Assembly: GCA_965215155.1 (NCBI GenBank)
Contig: CBDCCY010000004.1
Location: 3,870,151 to 3,934,150 of the forward strand
DNA from: Vicinamibacterales bacterium
GTDB lineage: Bacteria > Acidobacteriota > Vicinamibacteria > Vicinamibacterales > UBA8438
DNA length: 64,000 nucleotides
Direction: 5' to 3'
The translations under genes were made by a program, and so were the position numbers. How positions within the stretch are numbered: the first letter of the stretch is position 1; the number at the start of each line of letters is the position of its first letter. Of the stretch, positions 10,898 to 19,167 are shown in pieces. Under the pieces are notes generated by a model that worked only from the letters and a program-made list of their open reading frames with translations, had not been told where the DNA came from and did no database searches.

Positions 10898-11426
10898 AGA
10901 ACACCAGCACGCTGTCCCCTGCCGCGAGGCGGCGCCGCAGCGACAGCTCCGGCACCTCGCACGCGACGGAACGGCGGGCGCGCTCCAGCACGACCCGGCC
11001 TCCCGGGGCGAGACGGCGCGCTGCGGCCGATAGTATTGCACCGATCGACGCCTCGGGGTACGCGTACGGAGGATCGAGCAGGATCAGGTCGAAGGTCCTG
11101 GGCGCGGCGCGGTCGAGCGCGTCCGGCAGCGGCCCGGTCACGATCGCGGACCGTGCCCCCACCCCGCAGCGCTCCAGGTTCGCGGCGATGAGCGCGGCGG
11201 CTCGCCGATCCCGTTCCACGAAGACCACCGTGGCCGCGCCGCGGCTGAGCGCCTCGATCCCCAGCGCTCCCGTGCCCGCGAAACCGTCGAGCACCACCGC
11301 ACCGGCGACCCGCTCCCCCAGCACGTCGAAGAGGGTCTCCCGCAGCCGGTCCGAGGTTGGGCGCAGGCCCGGCCAGCGCGGGGACAGCAACCGGCGGCTC
11401 TTCAGCGCGCCTGCGATCACCCGCAT
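10878..11426 (-). CDS. rsmD: 16S rRNA (guanine966-N2)-methyltransferase RsmD
   Basis: MRVIAGALKSRRL...PTSDRLRETLFDVL...LDGFAGTGALGIEALSRGA...LILLDPPY. It is in the conserved rsmD-coaD arrangement and overlaps coaD by 20 nt. Confidence 0.85.
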   Translation of the reverse strand: MRVIAGALKSRRLLSPRWPGLRPTSDRLRETLFDVLGERVAGAVVLDGFAGTGALGIEALSRGAATVVFVERDRRAAALIAANLERCGVGARSAIVTGPLPDALDRAAPRTFDLILLDPPYAYPEASIGAILSAAARRLAPGGRVVLERARRSVACEVPELSLRRRLAAGDSVLVFYGGQSV

Positions 11427-11456
11427 CGGCGGCGGCTCGAACGGGCGGCGCCCCCG

Positions 11457-12050
11457 TCACTGGACGACGAACGCCCGGGCCGGCTCCACGCGCAGCTCCT
11501 CGATGCCGTAGGGCAGCTGGAAGGGCGCCGTCAGATCGAAGCCGCCGGAGTCGCGGTGAGTGCGTACCACCTCGACCAGCAGCAGTACCGGCACCGGCAC
11601 CGACTCGACGTGGAGGGACTCGATCTCGAAGCGGCCGATGCCGGCGGACGTTCGGAGAGCGCCCGTGGCGACGACCTCGACCTGCCCGCCGAGGTAGCGC
11701 AACGGGTCGAGCGGCCCGCGCGGCCGCTCGGCGCGCAGGCGATCGAGATCGATGAGCGCGCGCGCCGAAAGGCGGCCGCCGCCGAGCAGGCGCAACTCGG
11801 GCGCGCCGATGGCCGGAGGCAGGAGATCGGCGCCCTGGAACCGCAGGTACGCGTTGATGCCCCGCTCCGTGAGGGTGACGACGCGAGGGCCGCCGTCGCG
11901 TGCGGCCGCCTCACCGGCGTTGCCGACGATGGTGGCCAGCGCCTCGGCGAGCTGCTGGCCGTCGGCGGGCGTGAACGCCGGCGGCGCCTCGGGCTGCGCC
12001 GGCGGCGCCTCGGCGCCGAGCGCGACGACGAGCGCGAGGACCCACCGCAC
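11457..12050 (-). CDS. Hypothetical exported protein
   Basis: An N-terminal hydrophobic signal-like segment (MRWVLALVVALGA) and a coherent non-repetitive sequence. I recognise no family. GTG start. Confidence 0.45.
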   Translation of the reverse strand: MRWVLALVVALGAEAPPAQPEAPPAFTPADGQQLAEALATIVGNAGEAAARDGGPRVVTLTERGINAYLRFQGADLLPPAIGAPELRLLGGGRLSARALIDLDRLRAERPRGPLDPLRYLGGQVEVVATGALRTSAGIGRFEIESLHVESVPVPVLLLVEVVRTHRDSGGFDLTAPFQLPYGIEELRVEPARAFVVQ

Positions 12051-12076
12051 GCCCGTACTCTAGCACGGCAGGCGCC

Positions 12077-12105
12077 TTGATATTCGCCTTTTGTTTGCGT
12101 ACAGT
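12077..12105 (+). promoter_or_regulatory. Candidate sigma70-type lexA promoter with an overlapping imperfect palindrome (possible LexA operator)
   Basis: TTGATA (12077-12082), then 17 nt, then TACAGT (12100-12105), lying 31 nt upstream of the lexA GTG. TGTTTGCGTACA (12092-12103) has TGT/ACA ends. I know no operator consensus for this lineage. Confidence 0.3.
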
Positions 12106-12136
12106 GAGCGCCTGATCCGCGGACGAGGGAGAGGGC

Positions 12137-12742
12137 GTGCAGCCACTGACCCGGCGCCAGCGCGAGATTCTCGACTACCTGCGGGAGTTCATGGAGGAGC
12201 GCGGCTACGCGCCCAGCCTGGAGGAGATCGGCGGGCGCTTCGGACTCTCGTCCCTGGCCACGGTGCACAAGCACCTGACCAATCTGCAGGAGAAGGGCTT
12301 CATCAAGCGCGCCTGGAACCGCAGCCGTTCCGTCGAGCTGCTGCCGACCCGAGCCGGCGGGACGGCCCTGGAACTCCCGCTGCTCGGCTACGTGGCGGCC
12401 GGGGCCCCCATCGAGGCCGTGGTCTCGACGGAGACGGTCTCCGTTCCGGAGGAGCTGGTCGGCCGGCGCGAAACCTACGCCCTGCGCGTGCGGGGCGATT
12501 CGATGATCGACGAGCAGATCCGGGACGGCGACGTCGTCATCGTGGAGGATCGCCAGGCGACGGAGGACGGCGAGACCGTCATCGCGCTCGTCGACGGCAG
12601 CGACGTGACCCTGAAGATGCTCTACCGGGAGGGCGGCCGCGTCCGCCTCCAGCCGGCCAACGAGAACGTGGCCCCCATCGTCGTCGACGCGTCGCAGGTG
12701 CGGGTGCAGGGCGTCGTCGTCGGGGTCATGCGAAAATACTGA
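12137..12742 (+). CDS. lexA: LexA repressor
   Basis: LTRRQREILDYLREFMEERGYAPSLEEIG (winged HTH), a cleavage region VAAGAP, and an S24 peptidase core LRVRGDSMID...GDVVIVE...TLKMLY. Confidence 0.95.
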   Translation: MQPLTRRQREILDYLREFMEERGYAPSLEEIGGRFGLSSLATVHKHLTNLQEKGFIKRAWNRSRSVELLPTRAGGTALELPLLGYVAAGAPIEAVVSTETVSVPEELVGRRETYALRVRGDSMIDEQIRDGDVVIVEDRQATEDGETVIALVDGSDVTLKMLYREGGRVRLQPANENVAPIVVDASQVRVQGVVVGVMRKY

Positions 12743-12802
12743 GCGCCCCGGGGCCTGCCGCGGCGGCGCACCCCGAACCCGTCAGCCACCCCGAGGAGAG
12801 CG

Positions 12803-13117
12803 ATGCCGGAGCGCAAGCAGATCAACTTCACGATCATCCCTGACGAAGCGGGCGACATGCCGCGTACGTACGCCAACTTCTGCGCAATCTCCCATACCCC
12901 GTTCGACTTTACGCTGACCTTCTGCGAGGTGCTGCCCCCGACCGAGGACGAGGTGCGCACGGCGGAGAGCGAGCGCACGCTGCGAGCGCCGGTGCGGGCC
13001 CGCATCGTCGTGCCCATGCAGTTCGTCCCCAACCTGATCGGCGCCTTGCAGGAGCACCTGCGCGTGTTCAGCGAGGCGCCTCCCACGGCGGGGCCGGCCA
13101 AGGGCCCCGTACACTAG
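12803..13117 (+). CDS. DUF3467-like small protein
   Basis: YANFCAISHTPFDFTLTFCEV...RIVVPMQFVPNLIGALQEHL resembles the DUF3467 family as I remember it. A good RBS (gaggagag) precedes the ATG. Confidence 0.6.
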   Translation: MPERKQINFTIIPDEAGDMPRTYANFCAISHTPFDFTLTFCEVLPPTEDEVRTAESERTLRAPVRARIVVPMQFVPNLIGALQEHLRVFSEAPPTAGPAKGPVH

Positions 13118-13125
13118 TCGAGGCG

Positions 13126-13557
13126 GTGACCCCCAAACGCTTCGACGCGCTCGTCGCGGAGGCCCGGGAGCTGGCGGAGGAGGCCATCGAGCAGATCTGG
13201 CCGCAGTACGACCGCGAGTTGCAGAACATCGAGGTCGTCATCGCGGACGAGCCGCCGCCGGAGACCCTCCGCGAGATGGGCATGGCCCCGCCGGAGACGC
13301 TGTACGGCCTGTACGACGGCGTGCCGTTGAACGAGCGCGGCTGGGACTATGGCAACGCGCTACCCGACGTCATCAGCATCTTCCGGGGCCCGATCCTACG
13401 GGACTGCGCCGACGACGACGAGATCGTGCAGGAAGTCTCGTACACCATCGTGCACGAGTTCGCGCACTACGTCGGAATGACGGAAGAGGAGATCCAGGAG
13501 ATCGAGGATCGCTTCTGGTACGGCGACGACGGCGCGGTGGGGGACGACACGCCGTAG
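13126..13557 (+). CDS. Small zincin-like metallopeptidase family protein (DUF1025/Zincin_1-like)
   Basis: An HExxH motif in TIVHEFAHYVGMTEEEIQEIE and the acidic N-terminal region typical of this family. GTG start. Confidence 0.65.
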   Translation: MTPKRFDALVAEARELAEEAIEQIWPQYDRELQNIEVVIADEPPPETLREMGMAPPETLYGLYDGVPLNERGWDYGNALPDVISIFRGPILRDCADDDEIVQEVSYTIVHEFAHYVGMTEEEIQEIEDRFWYGDDGAVGDDTP

Positions 13558-13724
13558 CGAGCCTGACACGGATGCCGGATCGCCGGGCATCGGGCGCCTG
13601 GCGGCACGAGCCGACCCGCCCCCGACGAGGACGAGCCGGCTCGTTGTTCGAGCCGCGAGGCGGAGCCGTCAGGCGACGAATGGCGGGCTGGGCGTGTGCG
13701 CTGACACCAGTCGCTTCATGGCGC

Positions 13725-13745
13725 GTTCTGCGGCGCAGACTCCTA
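13725..13745. repeat. Partial copy of the REP-like element (right arm), abutting the stop codon of the NHL gene
   Basis: The 21-mer gttctgcggcgcagactccta is identical to 39201-39221. A degenerate left arm, gggcgtgtgcgc, lies at 13690-13701. Confidence 0.7.
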
Positions 13746-15002
13746 GTTCGTCGGCCAGAGCACGCCCTGACTCTTCTCGCCCTCGGCGCCCTCCGGGACG
13801 GGTCCCATGCCCTTGTAGAGGAACTTCTGCACGCGCGAGCCCTCGTAGGTCTCGGTCGTGTAGATGTTGCCGTCGGAGTCGACCGCGATGCTGTGCACTG
13901 CGAAGAACATGCCGGGCTGGCGGCCGCCGTCGCCGAACGCCGTGAGGACCTTCATCGTCTCGCGCTCGATGATGTAGACCTTCATGTTCTGCCCGTCGGC
14001 GAGGTACAGGAACCGCTGCTCCGGATCGGGCGAGAAGTCGATGTCCCACGTCGAGCCCTGCAGGCGGGTGTGCGTCGCGATGAGCGCCTCGCGGACGAAC
14101 GTCCCGTCCTTGCGGAAGACCTGGACCCGATCCTCGGCGCGGTCGCAGACGTAGACCAGCCCGTCGTTCGAGATCTCGCCGCAGTGGACCGGCCCGCGGA
14201 ACTGCTGCGCCGGATCGCCGCCGGGCTGGTACGGCCCGCCGAAGTCGTAGTCGTCGTCCGGTACGTTGCCGTAGGCGCCCCAGAAGCGCTTCAGCTCGCC
14301 GGTGTCCGCGTCGACCACGGCCACGCGCTTGTTGTAGTAGCCGTCGGCGAAGTAGGCCTCGTTCGCATCGGGGTCGATGCCGATCTTGGCGACGCGGCCA
14401 TAGCTGTCGGTGGCGTGGCTGTCGCGCTGGAAGACGCGGTTGCCCTCGGCGTCCTCGCCCGTGACGCGCGCGTTGTGGCGGCCGACCTGCATCAGGAAGT
14501 CGCCGCTCCGGGTGAATTTCAGCACGTGGGCGTCGCCGCCGCCGTTGCCGCCGATCCAGACGTTGTCCATGTGGTCGACGGTGATGCCGTGGTTCGACTC
14601 CGGCCAGACGTAGTCGCCGGTCTCCGTGCCGGGGCCGCCCCAACTGTCGAGCAGGTTGCCTTCCTGGTCGAACACGAGCACGGGTGGGCCGGGCTGGCAG
14701 CACTCGCTGACCGGCGGGTCGGTGACCATCCCGATCTCGGTCCCGCCCTGGAAGTTGTCGGGCGTGTTCCGGTGGACCACCCAGATGTTGTCGCGCGAGT
14801 CGACGTCGACGCCGATGGTCGGCCCCATCAGCCAGTGGTTCGGCAGGTTCTTCGGCCACAGCGGATCGACCTCGAACATCGGCACCATCGCGGCGTCGTC
14901 CTGGCCGGCGCTCTCGGCCGCCTCCTTGGCCATGGTGCCGGCGCACGCGACGGCGAAGCCCGCAGCCGCCACCAGCGTCAACAACGTGAGCTTTCGAATC
15001 AT
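13743..15002 (-). CDS. Exported NHL-repeat six-bladed beta-propeller protein (possibly peptidyl-alpha-hydroxyglycine lyase-like)
   Basis: A signal or lipoprotein-like N-terminus (MIRKLTLLTLVAAAGFAVAC) and repeated blade motifs (DSRDNIWVV, DHMDNVWIG, SNDGLVYVCD, DSDGNIYTTE). The ATG at 15002 was verified. Confidence 0.6.
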   Translation of the reverse strand: MIRKLTLLTLVAAAGFAVACAGTMAKEAAESAGQDDAAMVPMFEVDPLWPKNLPNHWLMGPTIGVDVDSRDNIWVVHRNTPDNFQGGTEIGMVTDPPVSECCQPGPPVLVFDQEGNLLDSWGGPGTETGDYVWPESNHGITVDHMDNVWIGGNGGGDAHVLKFTRSGDFLMQVGRHNARVTGEDAEGNRVFQRDSHATDSYGRVAKIGIDPDANEAYFADGYYNKRVAVVDADTGELKRFWGAYGNVPDDDYDFGGPYQPGGDPAQQFRGPVHCGEISNDGLVYVCDRAEDRVQVFRKDGTFVREALIATHTRLQGSTWDIDFSPDPEQRFLYLADGQNMKVYIIERETMKVLTAFGDGGRQPGMFFAVHSIAVDSDGNIYTTETYEGSRVQKFLYKGMGPVPEGAEGEKSQGVLWPTN

Positions 15003-15227
15003 CCTGACTTCTCCCCCTGGCGATGACGTTGCCGATCGGCACATCCGACCGCGCCGCGCGGGAACCCTTCGCGCCAAGCGAGCTGCCCGCGCACGCTCAC
15101 GAACCGCGGCCCCGCCCGGGTCCCCGGGTCGGGCCGCCGCTGGAACGCGCCAGTATACTTGGAAGCCGGCGAGCGGCGGCCGGTCGGAGAGGACCTGCAT
15201 GAGGCAGCGGATGGACGCTATCGGGCA

Positions 15228-15271
15228 GCTCGTGCGGCGGCCGGGGCGGCTCGTGCGGCGGCCGGGGGGGG
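15228..15271. repeat. 21-bp tandem duplication followed by a G8 homopolymer
   Basis: gctcgtgcggcggccgggg occurs at 15228-15246 and again at 15249-15267 (period 21). The run gggggggg spans 15264-15271. Confidence 0.8.
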
Positions 15272-15324
15272 CCGCGCGTCCGGTGCGCCGCGTCCGGTTT
15301 CCGGTTCGCTGCGGACCGCGGACC

Positions 15325-16659
15325 ATGCTCCTCGTGGCGGCGGTCGGACTGCTGTTCGGGCTCCGAGCCGATCCCGCGGCGCACGACATTCCGAGCGACG
15401 TCACGGTGCAGGCGTTCGCCAAGCCGGAGGGCGACCGCCTGAGGCTGCTGATCCGCGTGCCGCTCGAGGCGATGCAGGACGTGAACTTCCCGCTGCGGGG
15501 CCCCGGGTATCTGGATCTGGAAGGCGCCGAGCCGCTGCTGCCGGACGCCGCCCGGCTCTGGCTCGCCCAGGAGGTGGAACTCTACGAGGGCGGCGTCCGG
15601 CTCGCGGAGCCGGAGATCGCCGCCCTGCGGCTGTCGCTCCCGTCCGACCGCTCGTTCGAGAGCTACGACACGGCCCTCGCCAACATACTGACCGGCGAGC
15701 GCCTGCCGGACGGACTGCAGATCATCTGGCGCCAGGCGATGCTCGACGTCGTGCTCGACTACGCGATCGCCTCCGAGGCGTCGAGCTTCGCGATCCGGCC
15801 CGGGGTCGAGCGGCTCGGGATGCGCGTCGTCACCGTGCTCCGATTCATCACGCCGGAAGGCGCCGAGCGGCCGTTCGAGTTGCGTGGCGACCCCGGTCTG
15901 GTGACCCTCGATCCGCGTTGGCACCAGGCCGCGGCGCGCTTCGTCGCCTCCGGGTACGAGCACATCCTCGACGGCACCGACCACCTCCTGTTCCTGCTCT
16001 GCCTGGTCGTCCCGTTCCGGCGGTTCCGGGCGCTGGTGCCGATCGTCACCGGGTTCACGGTGGCCCATTCCGTGACCCTCATCGCCTCCGCGTACGGGCT
16101 CGCTCCGAACTTCCTCTGGTTCCCGCCGCTGGTCGAGACGCTCATCGCCATCTCGATTGTCTACATGGCGTTCGAGAACATCCTGGCCGCCGGCTCCGGC
16201 GACGGGACGCCGGTGCGGCGCCGCTGGCTGATGGCTTTCGGCTTCGGCCTGGTGCACGGCTTCGGTTTCTCGTTCGCGCTGCGGGAGACGCTGCAGTTCG
16301 CGGGGGCGCACCTGGTCACGTCGCTCCTGGCATTCAACGTCGGGGTCGAGCTCGGACAGCTTCTCGTCATCGCACTCGCCGTCCCGGTGCTCGAGGTGCT
16401 GTTCCGGTTCGTCGTCGCCGAGCGCGCCGGCATCATCGTGATCTCGGCCCTCGTCGCACACACGAGCTGGCACTGGATGATGGAGCGCTACGACGTGCTG
16501 AGCCAGTACCCCATCACGTGGGCCGCGCTGGCGAGCGCGTTGCTGATCGGCGTCCTGCCGTGGCTGGTCGGGATGCTGGCCGCGGCCGGCGCCGCGCGCG
16601 CCGCGGTGCGCTACCTCCGGAGACCCGGCCCGGTCGGCGGTGCGGCGGGAGCGGACTGA
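15325..16659 (+). CDS. HupE/UreJ-family membrane protein with a roughly 200-aa N-terminal periplasmic domain
   Basis: The C-terminal half has the HupE_UreJ_2 signature: HILDGTDHLLFLLCLV...GFTVAHSVTLIASA...GLVHGFGFSFAL...NVGVELGQL. Signal-like MLLVAAVGLLFGL at the ATG at 15325. An alternative ATG lies at 15199. Confidence 0.75.
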   Translation: MLLVAAVGLLFGLRADPAAHDIPSDVTVQAFAKPEGDRLRLLIRVPLEAMQDVNFPLRGPGYLDLEGAEPLLPDAARLWLAQEVELYEGGVRLAEPEIAALRLSLPSDRSFESYDTALANILTGERLPDGLQIIWRQAMLDVVLDYAIASEASSFAIRPGVERLGMRVVTVLRFITPEGAERPFELRGDPGLVTLDPRWHQAAARFVASGYEHILDGTDHLLFLLCLVVPFRRFRALVPIVTGFTVAHSVTLIASAYGLAPNFLWFPPLVETLIAISIVYMAFENILAAGSGDGTPVRRRWLMAFGFGLVHGFGFSFALRETLQFAGAHLVTSLLAFNVGVELGQLLVIALAVPVLEVLFRFVVAERAGIIVISALVAHTSWHWMMERYDVLSQYPITWAALASALLIGVLPWLVGMLAAAGAARAAVRYLRRPGPVGGAAGAD

Positions 16660-16662
16660 CCG

Positions 16663-19167
16663 ATGCGCCGGCACCGCACGGGACGGCAGGCAGGCGGGGC
16701 GCCGACGTGCGCGGGCCGCTCGCCGCTCCGTGCCGGTTCGGCGCCGTATGCCGGTCGGCCGCCGTTGCTTGCCGGGCGGTCGTCGCCGGGCACCGGTTGG
16801 TGGCCGCCGGGTGCCGGTCGTTGGCCGCTACGAATCGGCCTGCTGGCCGCGCTGACGATGGCGCTCGCCTCCCCCGCCCGCGCGCAGCCGACGGATCCCG
16901 CAGCCGAATCCGCGGCGAGCCCGGAACCGCAACGTCTCCCCCGCGAACCGGCCGCGGGTCTTTCCCTTGCTCCCGCCGAGCTGTACCGCGTCACCCCGCG
17001 GCGCACGGAGCAGGCGCCCCGCATCGACGGCCGGCTCGACGAGGAAGCGTGGGAGTCGGCCGCGATCGTCGACGCGTTCGTGCAGCAGGAGCCCTCGGAG
17101 GGCGACCCCGCCACCGAGGCCACCGTCGTCCGGCTGCTCTACGACGCGCGCGCCCTCTACATCGGCGTCGAGGCGTTCGACTCGCGCCCGGAAGCGGTGA
17201 TCGCGACCGAGATGCGCCGGGACTCGCCGCGCCTCTTCGACGAGGACAACTTCCAGATCATCCTCGACACCTTCCGCGACCGCCGCTCCGGCTACATGTT
17301 CGTCACCAGCCCCCTCGGCGCGAAGCTCGAGCAGCAGGTGGCCGAGGAGGGCGAGGGCGGCTTCCGGGGCTCCAACAGCCCGAATGTCAACGTGAACTGG
17401 GACGGCGTGTGGGACGTCCGGGCCCGGCGCACTGCCGACGGCTGGATGGCGGAAATCGCGATCCCGATGGTCACGCTGCGTTTCCCCGACGTCGAGCGGC
17501 AGGTCTGGGGCGTCAACTTCATGCGCAACATCCGGCGCAAGAACGAGCAGGTCTTCTGGGCGCCGATCTCCAAGGAATACACCCTCACGCGGGTCAGCCT
17601 GGCGGGAACGATGAGCGGCATCCGGGACGTGAGCCGCGGGCTCGACCTGCGCCTGACGCCCTACGCCCTGGCGGGAGGCCGGCAGGACCGCGCGGCGGGC
17701 GGGCTCGACGCGTCAGGGTTCGGGGACTACGGCCTCGACGTGAAGTACGGCGTCGCGTCGGGGCTCAACCTCGATCTCACCCTGAACACGGACTTCGCGC
17801 AGGTCGAGGTGGACGAGCAGCAGGTCAACCTGACCCGCTTCCCGCTCTTCTTCCCGGAGAAGCGCGACTTCTTCCTCGAGAACGCGGGGATGTTCAGCGT
17901 CGGCGCCCGCGGTAGCGGCTTCGGGCGCCTCGCCGATCTCTTCTTCACGCGGCGCATCGGGCTGTCGGAGGCCGGCCAGCCGATCCCGATCGTCGGCGGC
18001 GCCCGGCTGACGGGAAAGACCGGACGCAACAACGTCGCCGCGATGAACATCACGACGCAGTCCGCGTTCGGCCGCTCCGGCGAGAACTTCTTCGTCGGCC
18101 GCTACAGCCGCGACATCCTGGACCGGTCCAAGGTGGGGGGCATCGTCATCAGCAAGGACGCGGTCGACGGCGGTCACTACAACCACACCTTCGCGGCGGA
18201 CACGACCCTCGCGGTGCACCGCAACTTCACGATGACCGCGTTCCTCGCCAAGACCGAGTCACCCCCCGGGGCGCTGGCGGCGCGCCGCCGCAACCCGGCC
18301 GCCGCGAACGTCGGCGCGGCCGGGGGCGACATGGCCGGATACGTTCGCGGAACGTGGCTCAGCCCGGGGTGGCACGTCTACAGCGAGTTCGCCGAGTTGC
18401 AGGACGACTTCAATCCGGAGGTGGGCTTCGTCCCCCGGGTCGGTATCCGCACGTCGAAGTTCCACGGCGAGTGGAACCCGCGGCCGGGGCGCTGGAACAT
18501 CCGCATGTTCGATCCGATGTGGAACATCACCTACACGACCGACGTCCACAATCGGTTGCTGACGCGCCGCATCCACAACATGGTCGGGACGTACTTCGAG
18601 GACGGCTCGTCGGTGGTCATCTACTACAACGACCACTTCGAACAGCTCGATTTCCCGTTCCCCATCCGTCCCGACGTCACCATCCCGGCCGGCGCCTACC
18701 GCTTCGGCGAGTGGGTATTCTCCTACCGCTCCGACCCGTCGCGCCGGCTGTACGGGCAGGCGCGCTACTCGCCGCAGACCTTCTTCGGGGGGACGCGGAC
18801 CGACGTGCAGGCGACGCTGGGCGTGCGCGCGACGAGTCGCCTGGCGGCAGAAGCGCTCTTCAACCGGAGCGATGTCGTGCTCCCCGGCGGCGCCTTCGTC
18901 GCCGACCTCGCCTCGCTGCGGGTCGACTTCACCATCTCGCCGCGCATGACGCTGCGCACGCTCTCGCAGTACAACTCGACCACGAGCGAGCTGAGCCACA
19001 GCGTGCGCTTCAACTGGATCTACAGCCCCGGCAGCGACATCTACGTCGCCTACGACGAGCTCCGCCTCGACGGCGACCCGTTGATGCTCGACCCGCACGT
19101 CCAGCGCTGGTCCGGAGTGCGGAGCCGGCAGCTCGCCGTCAAGATGACCTACCTGCTCTCCCGCTAG
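16663..19167 (+). CDS. Large exported protein, CBM9-like N-terminal domain plus DUF5916-like beta-barrel
   Basis: APRIDGRLDEEAWESAAIVDAFVQQEPSEGDPATEATVVRLLYDARALYIGVEAFD is the typical CBM9/DUF5916 start. A long beta-rich C-terminus ends in an aromatic-rich segment. The true start is uncertain. Confidence 0.65.
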   Translation: MRRHRTGRQAGGAPTCAGRSPLRAGSAPYAGRPPLLAGRSSPGTGWWPPGAGRWPLRIGLLAALTMALASPARAQPTDPAAESAASPEPQRLPREPAAGLSLAPAELYRVTPRRTEQAPRIDGRLDEEAWESAAIVDAFVQQEPSEGDPATEATVVRLLYDARALYIGVEAFDSRPEAVIATEMRRDSPRLFDEDNFQIILDTFRDRRSGYMFVTSPLGAKLEQQVAEEGEGGFRGSNSPNVNVNWDGVWDVRARRTADGWMAEIAIPMVTLRFPDVERQVWGVNFMRNIRRKNEQVFWAPISKEYTLTRVSLAGTMSGIRDVSRGLDLRLTPYALAGGRQDRAAGGLDASGFGDYGLDVKYGVASGLNLDLTLNTDFAQVEVDEQQVNLTRFPLFFPEKRDFFLENAGMFSVGARGSGFGRLADLFFTRRIGLSEAGQPIPIVGGARLTGKTGRNNVAAMNITTQSAFGRSGENFFVGRYSRDILDRSKVGGIVISKDAVDGGHYNHTFAADTTLAVHRNFTMTAFLAKTESPPGALAARRRNPAAANVGAAGGDMAGYVRGTWLSPGWHVYSEFAELQDDFNPEVGFVPRVGIRTSKFHGEWNPRPGRWNIRMFDPMWNITYTTDVHNRLLTRRIHNMVGTYFEDGSSVVIYYNDHFEQLDFPFPIRPDVTIPAGAYRFGEWVFSYRSDPSRRLYGQARYSPQTFFGGTRTDVQATLGVRATSRLAAEALFNRSDVVLPGGAFVADLASLRVDFTISPRMTLRTLSQYNSTTSELSHSVRFNWIYSPGSDIYVAYDELRLDGDPLMLDPHVQRWSGVRSRQLAVKMTYLLSR

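Noticed and set aside
13572-15026. A 484-aa plus-strand ORF opposite the NHL-propeller gene.
   Set aside because: It is antisense to a gene with clear repeated blade motifs and a signal peptide. Its own translation is a repetitive Val/Asp/Arg/Ala-rich mirror with no motif.
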